The notes: generated by a model from the letters alone, not told the origin. A stretch of DNA of 29,864 nt from Candidatus Acidiferrales bacterium (GCA_035282985.1 DATEUS010000047.1:1-29864), one strand, 5' to 3'; positions 18,154-26,930 are shown, counted from the first letter of the stretch. Numbers and translations: made by a program.

Positions 18154-18341
18154 GGGCCGTGTGGGTTTCCTTCGACTGTGCTCCCTTCGACGGTTCGACT
18201 CTCGCTCATGGTTCGACTTTCGCTCACCATCCCGAGCGAGAGTCGAGGGACCGTCCCGAGCGAAAGTCGAGGGACAGGCTCAGGGTCTGCGCTTCGCTCC
18301 GACAGGACAGGCAGGACAAGCGACCCCCACCCCGGGCACCA
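18154..18341 (+). repeat. Copy 2 of the tRNA-Leu 3' end (attR-like), interrupted by a 153-nt nest of REP-like elements
   Basis: GGGCCGTGTGGGTT (18154-18167) and CGACCCCCACCCCGGGCACCA (18321-18341) are identical to the tRNA; the insert 18168-18320 is built mainly from TCGAC-N2-4-GCTC hairpins. Confidence 0.92.
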
Positions 18342-18413
18342 GTGTTTCGTTGAACGGGCAGGTCGTCGCCGGGGAATCACGCCCCACCTATGTTCAGCGG
18401 GGTGTCAGCGGTG

Positions 18414-20744
18414 CTAGAGCTTCCCCAGACCGGCGAGGATTTTCTCCGGAGTAATGGGCAGGTCTCGCACCCGCACGCCAACGGCGTTATAGACCGCATT
18501 GGCGATGGCGGGCGCTGGAACAATCAGGCAAGGCTCGGCCAAGGATTTGGCCCCAAAAGGCCCCGTGGGCTCATTCGACTCGATGAATATGCACTTTATC
18601 TCCGGGGGCATCTCCAGGGCGGTGGGTATCTTGTAGTCCAGGAAATCGCCCGTCAAGCAGGCACCACTGGTCTGATCGAACACCAAGTTCTCCATCAGCG
18701 CATAGCCCACTCCCTGCTGCGTTCCCCCTTCGACCTGTCCTTCCGCCCCCGGGGGATTGATGACTCTCCCGATGTCATGGGCAAACACAACGCGAAGAAC
18801 TTTCACCTCGCCCGTCTCGGTGTCAACCTCCACCTCGACGAATTCCGCCGTGGCAGGCGAGGGGTTGGAAGTGGGGGCCAGCGAGGCCATACCCATGATG
18901 GTACCCTTTTCACTGAGTCTGGTCCGCTGAGTCCCGTCCGGTACCATCACTACATAGGGAGATTCCGCCTGCTTGACCACATCGCCGAGCGAAACGCCCT
19001 TCTCAGCCGAGCCTTCTATGTGCACACGACCGTTCGTGATCTCGAGTTTCTCGACCGACGTGTTCAGCAGGCGGCCGGCAATATCGAACACTCTCTTCTT
19101 CGCCGCTCCCGCCGCCGCCTGTACGGCGAGGCCGGCCGAATAAGTAACTCGGCTCGCATGGCTGGGAGCATCAAAGGGCACGGTTTCAGTGTCGGCATAA
19201 GTGATTCGCACCGCTTCGAGGGGCACGCCCAGCTCTTCGGCTGCGATCTGGGCCAGCACGGTGTTCTGCCCGCACCCCATATCAACCGTGGCCACAGATA
19301 AGTCCGCGGTGCCGTCCACATTCAGTTTGATAATGGCCCCGGAATGCTCATAGATATCGGGAAAACCGATGCATCCGCTGACCCAGAGAGGCTGGCAAGC
19401 TAATCCGATGCCGCGCTTTCTTGTTCCGCCCATCGAGTTCGCCGAAGGCCGATCCGCCCACCCGATCGCTTCCGCTCCTTTCTTCAGGCACTCTTCAAAG
19501 CGGTAGGTGGAGAGATTGAAGCTCGGGTCAAAGGGGTGCGGTTGTCCTTCGCTGTGGGCGTTCTTCAGGCGAAGCTCAATGGGATCAAGCTCTAATTCTT
19601 CGCAGATCTCATCGATTTGCGATTCTACCGCGAAGGCTGCCTGGGGAGCCCCGTACCCACGAAATCCGCCTCCAATCATGTTGTTGGTGTACACGGTGTA
19701 GCCCTCCCATTTCTGGTTGGGACACCGGTAGCGCAAGAGGAATCCGTAGAATCCGTGAACCATCAGCACCACCGCGCCGTGCGTGGCGTGAGCTCCTGTG
19801 TCCAAGATGCTCTTCGCGTACCGGGCAGTGAAGGTCCCGTCCTTCTTGACGCCGGTCTTTAGGTGAATCTTGATGGGGTTTCGGGCCGTGGTAATAAAGT
19901 CTTCGTAGCGTGTCTGCTCGATGCGCACGGGGCGGCCGGTTTTGCGGCTCAGCAGGGCGCAGATGGGCTCGATATACCCCATGTCGAGCTTGCCGCCAAA
20001 CCCCCCGCCGATATAAGGCGGCTTCACGACCTTCACCGTGCTGATGGGAAGACCCAAGGCAAAGGCCAGCTTTTCTCTCAAGCCAAAGATGTGCTGGGTG
20101 GAGGACCAAACAGTCAAATTCCCCTGCGAATCGCTCTCCACGACGCATACGCGGGGCTCCAGGTAGCAGGTATGCACGCGCTGTGTCTGATAGGTGTTCT
20201 CGAAGACGTAATCGGCTTCCTCAAAGCCCCGTTCCAGATCCCCAAAACTGAAGGAGGGATGCATAGCAACGTTGCTTTCCGCATGCTCATGGATCCTGGG
20301 GGCGCCCGACTGGACTGCTTGGTCGGGATCAAAGACAGCCGGCAATCTCTCGTACTCCACGTGAATCAGCTTCAGTGCCTCCTCGGCAGCCTCCGGTTGA
20401 ACAGCAGCCACGGCCGCCACCGGCTGGCCGGCAAAGCGCACGGTGTCGCTCAAGATCAGCATGTCTCGAATCATGCTCGCGGCCAGGCTGGGCGAGAAAA
20501 AAACCGGATGGAACTTGATCTGAGGTACCTCTGCCGGCGTCAACACCGCCTTGACCCCGGCCAGCTTCTCCGCCTTGGAGGTGTCAATATGGAGAACACG
20601 GGCATGCGGGTAGGGGCTCCGCAAGAGCTTGGCATGAAGCATCCCTGGAAGCCGAACGTTGACCGGGTAACCTCTTCCCCCCGTAACTTTGTCGTAAGCG
20701 TCCGACCGGAGAACCCGCTTGCCAACTATTTTCATCTCGGACAT
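18414..20744 (-). CDS. Xanthine dehydrogenase-family molybdopterin-binding large subunit
   Basis: DAYDKVTG, LRSPYPHA, YIGGGFGGK, FRGYGAPQ, VEGGTQQGVG, DYKIPT and GPFGAK. Start placed at ATG 20744 with a GAGG RBS. Confidence 0.94.
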   Translation of the reverse strand: MSEMKIVGKRVLRSDAYDKVTGGRGYPVNVRLPGMLHAKLLRSPYPHARVLHIDTSKAEKLAGVKAVLTPAEVPQIKFHPVFFSPSLAASMIRDMLILSDTVRFAGQPVAAVAAVQPEAAEEALKLIHVEYERLPAVFDPDQAVQSGAPRIHEHAESNVAMHPSFSFGDLERGFEEADYVFENTYQTQRVHTCYLEPRVCVVESDSQGNLTVWSSTQHIFGLREKLAFALGLPISTVKVVKPPYIGGGFGGKLDMGYIEPICALLSRKTGRPVRIEQTRYEDFITTARNPIKIHLKTGVKKDGTFTARYAKSILDTGAHATHGAVVLMVHGFYGFLLRYRCPNQKWEGYTVYTNNMIGGGFRGYGAPQAAFAVESQIDEICEELELDPIELRLKNAHSEGQPHPFDPSFNLSTYRFEECLKKGAEAIGWADRPSANSMGGTRKRGIGLACQPLWVSGCIGFPDIYEHSGAIIKLNVDGTADLSVATVDMGCGQNTVLAQIAAEELGVPLEAVRITYADTETVPFDAPSHASRVTYSAGLAVQAAAGAAKKRVFDIAGRLLNTSVEKLEITNGRVHIEGSAEKGVSLGDVVKQAESPYVVMVPDGTQRTRLSEKGTIMGMASLAPTSNPSPATAEFVEVEVDTETGEVKVLRVVFAHDIGRVINPPGAEGQVEGGTQQGVGYALMENLVFDQTSGACLTGDFLDYKIPTALEMPPEIKCIFIESNEPTGPFGAKSLAEPCLIVPAPAIANAVYNAVGVRVRDLPITPEKILAGLGKL

Positions 20745-20769
20745 AGCCGTTGGCCTCACCTAGAAGCAA

Positions 20770-21234
20770 TCAGCCTGGGCGAGAAGCCGCTCGAACCGCC
20801 TCTACGATCTTGTGGTATCCCGTGCATCGGCAGAGGTTACCCGCTATCCCCGCCCGGATTTCTTGATCACTTGGAGCAGGGTTATGGAGGAGAAACGCCT
20901 TGGCAGCCATGATCATCCCACAGGTGCAATAACCACACTGGACCGCACCCGCCTCAATAAAGGCCTCTTGGACTGGATCCAGTTTGCCGTTCTCCCTGAG
21001 CCCCTCAATCGTAATTATCTTCTTGCCTTGTGCGCTCAGGGCAAAGACCATGCAAGCGTAGACGGCGCGATCGTCAAGCAGAACGGTGCAGCAGCCGCAG
21101 CCTCCCGTATCGCACCCTTTCTTGGTGCCTATCAGCCCCAGCTCTTCCCGCAGCACGTGCAGCAGAGTCTGGTGCGGCTCCACAAAAACTTCTTGGAGTT
21201 CTTCGTTGATTGTCAGGTTGATTCTCTGCTTCAT
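20770..21234 (-). CDS. Xanthine dehydrogenase-family [2Fe-2S] small subunit
   Basis: GTKKGCDTGGCGCCTV, QCGYCTCG and GNLCRCTGY. Confidence 0.96.
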   Translation of the reverse strand: MKQRINLTINEELQEVFVEPHQTLLHVLREELGLIGTKKGCDTGGCGCCTVLLDDRAVYACMVFALSAQGKKIITIEGLRENGKLDPVQEAFIEAGAVQCGYCTCGMIMAAKAFLLHNPAPSDQEIRAGIAGNLCRCTGYHKIVEAVRAASRPG

Positions 21235-21257
21235 CCGATGAACTCCTTGGACACCTT

Positions 21258-22145
21258 CTAGCTGACTGTGAGCCCCAGTCGCCCCAGCGCTTGCAGCAGG
21301 GCTCTTCTAACGAAGACCTTGGCCACCGCAGCCCGATATTGGGCCGAGGCGCGGTGATCGGAGACCGGGTGAACGTCCGCCAAGACAGCCTGCGCACACT
21401 CGGCAAGAATCTTCTCGCTGCACCGCTTTCCTTTCAAAATACTCTCGCAGGAAACGGCCCGGACAGGAGATTTGCCAACTCCACCGCCCACAACTACGCG
21501 AGCCTCCAGGCATGTGCCTGATTCATCTACCGTGATGCGCACGCCAATATTCAGCAAAGCCAGGTCGTTGGCGTTGGTCTCCAACTTCAGGAAGGCACTG
21601 GCGGACCTGGGCGGCAGCTTGGGCAAGAGGACTTCGACCAGGAGTTCTTCCTTCTGGAGCGCCGGTTCAAAGTAGTCCAGGAAAAAGTTGTCTAGCCCAA
21701 TCGCTCGAAATCCGGCCGGGCCAAGCGCTTTGACCGTGCCGTCAAGAGCCATGAGGGCCACCGGCAGGTCAAACAGGGAGGTGGCGGTCGCCACGCTCCC
21801 GCCCACCGTGGCCATGTTCTGAATTTGAGGCGGCGGATACCGGACCGCGTCGCTTACAGCGCCGAACCTGGACGTGCCTTTGAGCTGGTCAGCGTCTCTC
21901 AGATCCGCAAAAGTAGCCATGGCTCCTAATGCCAGGGCACCATCTTCCGACTTCACGTAGGAAAGGCCCGCCTGCTGCAAATCGATGAGGGCGTCAAGGT
22001 TGGGAAGAAGCCCGCGGGAGGCCAGGCCGTGCAGGAAGGTCCCTCCTGCTAGGATTACCGCTCTGTTCCCATACTTCGCCAAGAGCTCCACGGCAGCTTG
22101 ACTGCTTTCCGGTCTGAGGAATTCCTTCACTTCTTGAAGAGCCAT
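21258..22145 (-). CDS. Xanthine dehydrogenase-family FAD-binding medium subunit
   Basis: LAGGT, LGAMAT, QIQNMATVGGS and DHRASAQYR; first gene of an M-S-L operon. Confidence 0.93.
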   Translation of the reverse strand: MALQEVKEFLRPESSQAAVELLAKYGNRAVILAGGTFLHGLASRGLLPNLDALIDLQQAGLSYVKSEDGALALGAMATFADLRDADQLKGTSRFGAVSDAVRYPPPQIQNMATVGGSVATATSLFDLPVALMALDGTVKALGPAGFRAIGLDNFFLDYFEPALQKEELLVEVLLPKLPPRSASAFLKLETNANDLALLNIGVRITVDESGTCLEARVVVGGGVGKSPVRAVSCESILKGKRCSEKILAECAQAVLADVHPVSDHRASAQYRAAVAKVFVRRALLQALGRLGLTVS

Positions 22146-22212
22146 CTTACTTCCCCACCCAGAATGGACCGCCGTTCCAAAATCTCGAAATAGGAGACTC
22201 TGCGTTGGCCGG

Positions 22213-22241
22213 AGACTATTCTTTCAACCAACAGATGTCAA
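22213..22241 (-). promoter_or_regulatory. Sigma70-type promoter for the Mo-hydroxylase operon
   Basis: Minus strand reads TTGACA-N17-TAGTCT; the -35 lies within a short CAGAT-N4-ATCTG inverted repeat. Confidence 0.65.
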
Positions 22242-22255
22242 TCTGCAACTGGGGT

Positions 22256-23191
22256 TTACGGGGATTCGAACTTGACCCCGTAGAGTTTCTTGGGCGAGCC
22301 GGGCAACTCGCCTACGTGGGCGACGGCGGCCTGTTTGCCTTCGGCGGCTGGGGGCGGACTCTCCGGCGCCTCTTCCACCGTCTCCACGACCGCCTTCATC
22401 TCGATGGGTTGTTCGCCCACCCTGTAAGGTGCGGTCACAAAAAGGATCGAGCCCACCGCGTATTCCTTGGCGCCCAGGAAGCGAAGGCCCTTGCGTGACA
22501 GGTCAACCGTGGTGCTGATTTCTTTTTCCCCTTCGGGGGTACGGATGCGAATGGGGACTTGGATGGCGAGGCGGCGTTCGCGGCGACGCTCCTCCTCGCC
22601 CCGACGCTCGTCCTCCGCCCTGGCCGTCGCTTGCTCCGCCAGGCGCTTGCCATCGGAAGGAATCGGGACCTGGCGCCGATCCGAGGCTACGTAGGTCCAG
22701 ACCGTCTCGCGCAGGCAGCGGGGGCAGGGTCGGGTGATGAAGGCCGAGGCGCCGATGGCGCCCACTTCTTTGTGGGTAAGGAGGAAGGAGGACATGATGG
22801 TGCAGTTGTTGCACTGCAAGACAGCCGAAAAGGCGGTTTCCTCCACGGGATTGTCCCGCAGCTCCACTCCCCAAATTTCCACGGTGGGATCGAGGGTCTC
22901 CACGCCCCAGTCGGTATAGTCGAGGTCGGGTTGGGGCTCGCTGACCCGGCCCACCACCCGGAAAGTCGTTCCCCGGTTGTTCTTGAGGTTGGTGATGTGG
23001 ATGACGTCGTCCACAGTGAGAGAATTTTTCAGACGGATGCGGGCCCCGTGACGGGAGACGTTGATGGAGATGCAATCTTCGGTGAAGTCCCGGCCCTTCG
23101 GATCGGTGGCACGGACGCGGATAGGGAGGGAGAGGAACAGCCGCTCACTGCGGCGCCGGGTCTTGTACTGGTCTGCGGGCTGGTCGGTCAT
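22256..23191 (-). CDS. Double PilZ-domain protein with a central CxxC...CxxC segment
   Basis: RRSER...NVSRHG and RRERR...DLSRKG (RxxxR and D/NxSxxG motifs); CNNC and CPRC lie between the two domains. Confidence 0.85.
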   Translation of the reverse strand: MTDQPADQYKTRRRSERLFLSLPIRVRATDPKGRDFTEDCISINVSRHGARIRLKNSLTVDDVIHITNLKNNRGTTFRVVGRVSEPQPDLDYTDWGVETLDPTVEIWGVELRDNPVEETAFSAVLQCNNCTIMSSFLLTHKEVGAIGASAFITRPCPRCLRETVWTYVASDRRQVPIPSDGKRLAEQATARAEDERRGEEERRRERRLAIQVPIRIRTPEGEKEISTTVDLSRKGLRFLGAKEYAVGSILFVTAPYRVGEQPIEMKAVVETVEEAPESPPPAAEGKQAAVAHVGELPGSPKKLYGVKFESP

Positions 23192-23454
23192 GAAGATTCA
23201 ACGTGCTGGGGTCCCGCGTCCGAGAGCTCTTCAAAGAAGGCGTCGTCGTCCCCCGAGCGAGACTTGAAGCAGCCTAAGGGAAGAATCCTAGCCTGCCCGG
23301 GGCGGAATGTCGAGTGGGAATCTTCGGGTTCGCTCTCTCCTCGGCCGGTGGGCCGCGGAGGCTCGCCACAGATAGAATGCCCTATTCATTTTCGCCTTCC
23401 GGGTCATTATCATCCTCAGGACTTGATGAATGCTGTGGAGGGGGTTGCGTCCAA

Positions 23455-24705
23455 GTGACCCAGGGCTTTTTTCGCGGGCGGGGAGGGGAACTCTACTGCG
23501 AGGGGGTGCCCCTCAGCCGGGTGGCGGCGGCCGTCGGCACGCCCACCTACGTTTACAGCCGCGCCGCGCTGCGGGAGAACTATCGCCGGCTGGCGCGCGC
23601 CTTCCAGGGCGTGCCGCACCTGCTCTGCTACTCCGTAAAAGCCAATTCCAACCTGGCGGTGCTTCGCGAACTTCGCCGCCTGGGGGCTGGGTTCGACATT
23701 GTTTCCGGCGGCGAGCTGGATCGCTTGCTGCGTGCCGGCGTCACTCCTCGCAAAGTGGTCTTCTCCGGCGTAGGGAAGACCCGTAAGGAAATTGATCTCG
23801 CGCTGCGGCACGACATCCTGCTCTTCAACGTGGAATCGGATGCGGAGCTGGAGCTCTTGTCGGCACGGGCGCGACGGCTCGGGCGGCGAGCGCGGGTGCT
23901 GGTGCGGGTGAATCCCGACGTCGATCCTCACACGCACCCCCACATATCCACCGGCCGGCATGCCCACAAGTTCGGCGTGGCCTGGCGGGAGGCGGTGGCG
24001 CTCTGCCTGCGGGCCGCCACTCGGCCCGAGCTGAAGTTTCTTGGTTTGGGGTGTCACATCGGGTCGCAGATTACGCGGCTCGAGCCTTTTCAGAAGGCGC
24101 TGGCTCGCCTCGGATCGCTGGCAGGTCGCCTCGAGGAGAAAGGTCTTCGCGTCCGCTACCTGGACTTCGGCGGCGGCCTCGGGATTCGCTACCAGAATGA
24201 AAAGGTCGTACCGTTGGCCGACTACGCTGCCAGCGTCAAGCGGCTGGTGCGGCGACTGGGTTGCCGCCTGCTGCTGGAGCCGGGACGGGTGATTGTCGGC
24301 CCGGCGGGGGTGCTGTTGACCCGCGTGCTGCTGGAGAAAGACACCCCGCAGCGTCGCTTCGTGGTGGTGGATGCGGGGATGAGCGATTTTCTCCGCCCCG
24401 CCCTCTATGGCGCTGCCCATCGCATTGAGCCGGTGGAGAAGAGGGTGGAACGCCGAGCCTCATCAACTTGTGACGTGGTCGGCCCCATTTGCGAGACTGC
24501 GGACGCCCTCGGACGCAACCTGCGCCTGCCGCGTCTGGAGTCGGGGGCGCTGCTGGCGGTGCGCGATGTGGGGGCGTATGGCTTCGTCCTCAGCTCGAAC
24601 TACAACGCCCGCCGCCGCCCCGCTGAAGTGCTGGTGCGGGGGCAGCGCTTTGAGGTGGTGCGGCGGCGGGAGCGCTGGCGGGACCTGGTGCGCGGCGAGA
24701 TGTAG
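23455..24705 (+). CDS. lysA: Diaminopimelate decarboxylase
   Basis: GTPTYVYS, YSVKANSN (PLP lysine), HIGSQ, EPGR, RPALY, GPICE and SNYN. Start placed at GTG 23455 after GGAGG. Confidence 0.96.
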   Translation: MTQGFFRGRGGELYCEGVPLSRVAAAVGTPTYVYSRAALRENYRRLARAFQGVPHLLCYSVKANSNLAVLRELRRLGAGFDIVSGGELDRLLRAGVTPRKVVFSGVGKTRKEIDLALRHDILLFNVESDAELELLSARARRLGRRARVLVRVNPDVDPHTHPHISTGRHAHKFGVAWREAVALCLRAATRPELKFLGLGCHIGSQITRLEPFQKALARLGSLAGRLEEKGLRVRYLDFGGGLGIRYQNEKVVPLADYAASVKRLVRRLGCRLLLEPGRVIVGPAGVLLTRVLLEKDTPQRRFVVVDAGMSDFLRPALYGAAHRIEPVEKRVERRASSTCDVVGPICETADALGRNLRLPRLESGALLAVRDVGAYGFVLSSNYNARRRPAEVLVRGQRFEVVRRRERWRDLVRGEM

Positions 24706-24710
24706 CTGGG

Positions 24711-25694
24711 TCAGGCGTGCAGCTCCAGCACGTCGTTGTCTTCGACGATGTAGTCGCGCTGCACCATCTGCCCCTCGAACTTCCCCCCACCCCACAAGCG
24801 GGCGAACTTGAGCCGGGCGACGAAATCCTTGTGCACGCGCTCGGCCACGTCGTGAACGGTCGAGCCCCGAGGAAGGACGAAGGGGGCGCTGAGGTCGGCC
24901 TTCTTGCCGGGAACCTTGGTGTAGACGCGCACGATCCCCAGCAGCTCGAAGACGGCGCGGGGAAAGGCGTCGAGATTCTCTCCGCTGCGGGTGGAGAGCG
25001 CCAGCAGGCGAAAGCGGTCTTTCCACAGCTCGGCCAGGATGTCGAAGTTGTCTCGCGCTGAGAGCCGGTCGCACTTGTTGCCTACCAGCAGCGCGGGCTT
25101 GTGGGCGAAGCCGCGGGGCAGCTCCGCCGGCGGCGGGCCGAGGCTGACCTTGCCTTGCTCGAGCAAGCCCAGGGTTTCGGTGAGTTGTTCGAGCACGGCG
25201 GCATCGCTCAGGTCGACGACCAGGACCACTGCATCGGCGTTGCGCACGGCCTGCGCGGCCCAGGTTTCGTGCGATTCGGGGTGGAGCGGCGGCAGGTCGA
25301 CCAGTTGGATTTGAATATTCTCGAAGGGCATCATGGCCGGCAGGGGCAGGCGGGTAGTGAACGGGTAGTCGGCCACATCGGGGGTGGCGTGGGTGAGGCG
25401 CGCGACCAGGGAAGACTTGCCGCTGTTGGGCGGCCCTACCAGCGCCACCTGGCCGGCGCCCTCGCGCTCGACGTAGTAGATCGGCGGGGCGTGCTTGGTG
25501 GCGGTCTTCTTTGTCGTTTCCCGGCGCAACCGGGAGAGCTTGCGCTTCAGCTCCCCCTGCATCTTCTCCGTGCCCTTGTGTTTGGGGATGGTGGCCAGCA
25601 TCTCTTCCAGAGCCGCGATTTTCTCCGCCGTGGCGTGGGCCTCTTTGAAGCGTTGCTCGGCTTCGAGGTATTCCGGGCTGAGGTTGGCCGGCAT
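24711..25694 (-). CDS. OBG/DRG-type GTP-binding protein with a C-terminal TGS domain
   Basis: MPANL start; PKHKGTEK (DRG N-terminal motif); GPPNSGKS, YPFTT, IQLVDLP and NKCD; IVRVYTK...HKDF...FARLWG TGS domain. Confidence 0.9.
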   Translation of the reverse strand: MPANLSPEYLEAEQRFKEAHATAEKIAALEEMLATIPKHKGTEKMQGELKRKLSRLRRETTKKTATKHAPPIYYVEREGAGQVALVGPPNSGKSSLVARLTHATPDVADYPFTTRLPLPAMMPFENIQIQLVDLPPLHPESHETWAAQAVRNADAVVLVVDLSDAAVLEQLTETLGLLEQGKVSLGPPPAELPRGFAHKPALLVGNKCDRLSARDNFDILAELWKDRFRLLALSTRSGENLDAFPRAVFELLGIVRVYTKVPGKKADLSAPFVLPRGSTVHDVAERVHKDFVARLKFARLWGGGKFEGQMVQRDYIVEDNDVLELHA

Positions 25695-25766
25695 GACGAA
25701 CTCGCTTACGTGACTATTATGCCCAATTCCGGCGACGACAATAAAGATAGGAGACTGGAGCTTGGG

Positions 25767-26699
25767 CTAGCTGTGGCCCTTGCGCAGGGCCACGGCCAGG
25801 CGGGCGGCCAGTTCGGCGTTGCTGCGCAGCAAAGCTTTGTTGGCGCGCAGGGTGGCGCCGCCGCTCAAGCGGTTCAGGCTATCGAGCAGGAAAGGCGTGA
25901 GCGCAGCTCCGGAGACCCCCTGTTTGGTGGCCTCCTTGAGCGCCCTGGCCACCAGCGGCTCCACCTCCTTCGCAGAGAGAGCGGCCTCGGCGGGCGCCGG
26001 GTTCCCCACCACAATGCCACCGTTGTACCCGGTGGCGCGGTAGCTGTGCACGGCGGCCGCCAGCTCAGTGAGATCACGAGCCACCGCCCGCAGCCGCAGC
26101 CCGGTTTGGCGGACGAAGAAACCCGGCAACTCCTCGGTCTCGAAGCCAATCACGGGAACGCTCTGGCTTTCGAGGAACTCGAGCGTCTTGCGGAGGTCGA
26201 GGACGGTCTTGACGCCGGAGCAGACCAGCGTGACCGGGGTGCGGGACAACTCGACCAGGTCGGCGGAGATGTCGAAGGTGTCGGCAGCGTCGCGGTGGAC
26301 CCCGCCGATCCCGCCGGTGGCCACCACTTCAATGCCTGCCTGCGCAGCCACGAAAATGGTGGCGGAAACCGTTGTGCCGGCGGAGGCGTGCTGGGCCAGC
26401 AGCCAGCCCAGGTCGGCGCGGACGCATTTGGCAACGCCCTCTTCCTGGGTCAGCGTTTCGAGCTCGCGGGCGATCAGACCAACTCGGGCTTTGCCGGCTA
26501 CGAGGGCGATGAAGGCCGCGGTGGCGTGGGCCTGGCGGACGGCCTCTTCCAGTTCGTTGGCTACAGGCAGGCGCTCGTCCGGAGGCAAGCCGTGAGTGAG
26601 GACGGCTGACTCCAGGGCGACGATGGGATGGCGGCCGGTGTGGGCGGTGACGACGGCCGAGCTGAGGTGCAGCCAGTCGGGCAGCTTGGGTATTTCCAT
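25767..26699 (-). CDS. psuG: Pseudouridine-5'-phosphate glycosidase (IndA/PsuG family)
   Basis: VALESAVLTHGLP, GTTVSAT, ATGGIGGVHR, DISADLVEL, GVKTVLD and TPFLL. Confidence 0.93.
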   Translation of the reverse strand: MEIPKLPDWLHLSSAVVTAHTGRHPIVALESAVLTHGLPPDERLPVANELEEAVRQAHATAAFIALVAGKARVGLIARELETLTQEEGVAKCVRADLGWLLAQHASAGTTVSATIFVAAQAGIEVVATGGIGGVHRDAADTFDISADLVELSRTPVTLVCSGVKTVLDLRKTLEFLESQSVPVIGFETEELPGFFVRQTGLRLRAVARDLTELAAAVHSYRATGYNGGIVVGNPAPAEAALSAKEVEPLVARALKEATKQGVSGAALTPFLLDSLNRLSGGATLRANKALLRSNAELAARLAVALRKGHS

Positions 26700-26930
26700 C
26701 AGCGTAGCTAGGGAGCAGTCGCAGGGGTAACCAAGTGGTAGTTCACTCTGCGCTTCTCCCAGTCAACCACCAGGCCGGTGAGCCGCACCGGACAGTCATC
26801 TCGTCGCTCCAGAGATCAAGCAGAAAATAATGCTACGGCTAATCGCAGCCAGGGTCAACTCGAAGAGGAAATCCTCAGGCGCCCAACTGGGTAGAAGCCA
26901 TTGCATAACCTTAATTCAGGGAGAAACCTC

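Noticed and set aside
18168..18320. CRISPR array or tRNA intron
   Set aside because: No regular repeat-spacer periodicity and no cas genes; the host fragment lacks the tRNA 5' half, so it cannot be a spliced tRNA.
18414..20744. Aerobic CO dehydrogenase CoxL
   Set aside because: The active-site loop is GGFRGYGAP, not AYxCSFR (form I) or AYRGAGR (form II).
23251..23271. CCCCGAGCGAGACTTGAAGCA as another hairpin element
   Set aside because: The core is imperfect and the closing 4-bp stem does not pair.
25101..26609. 502-aa plus-strand ORF
   Set aside because: Antisense to the GTPase and psuG genes; no recognisable content.
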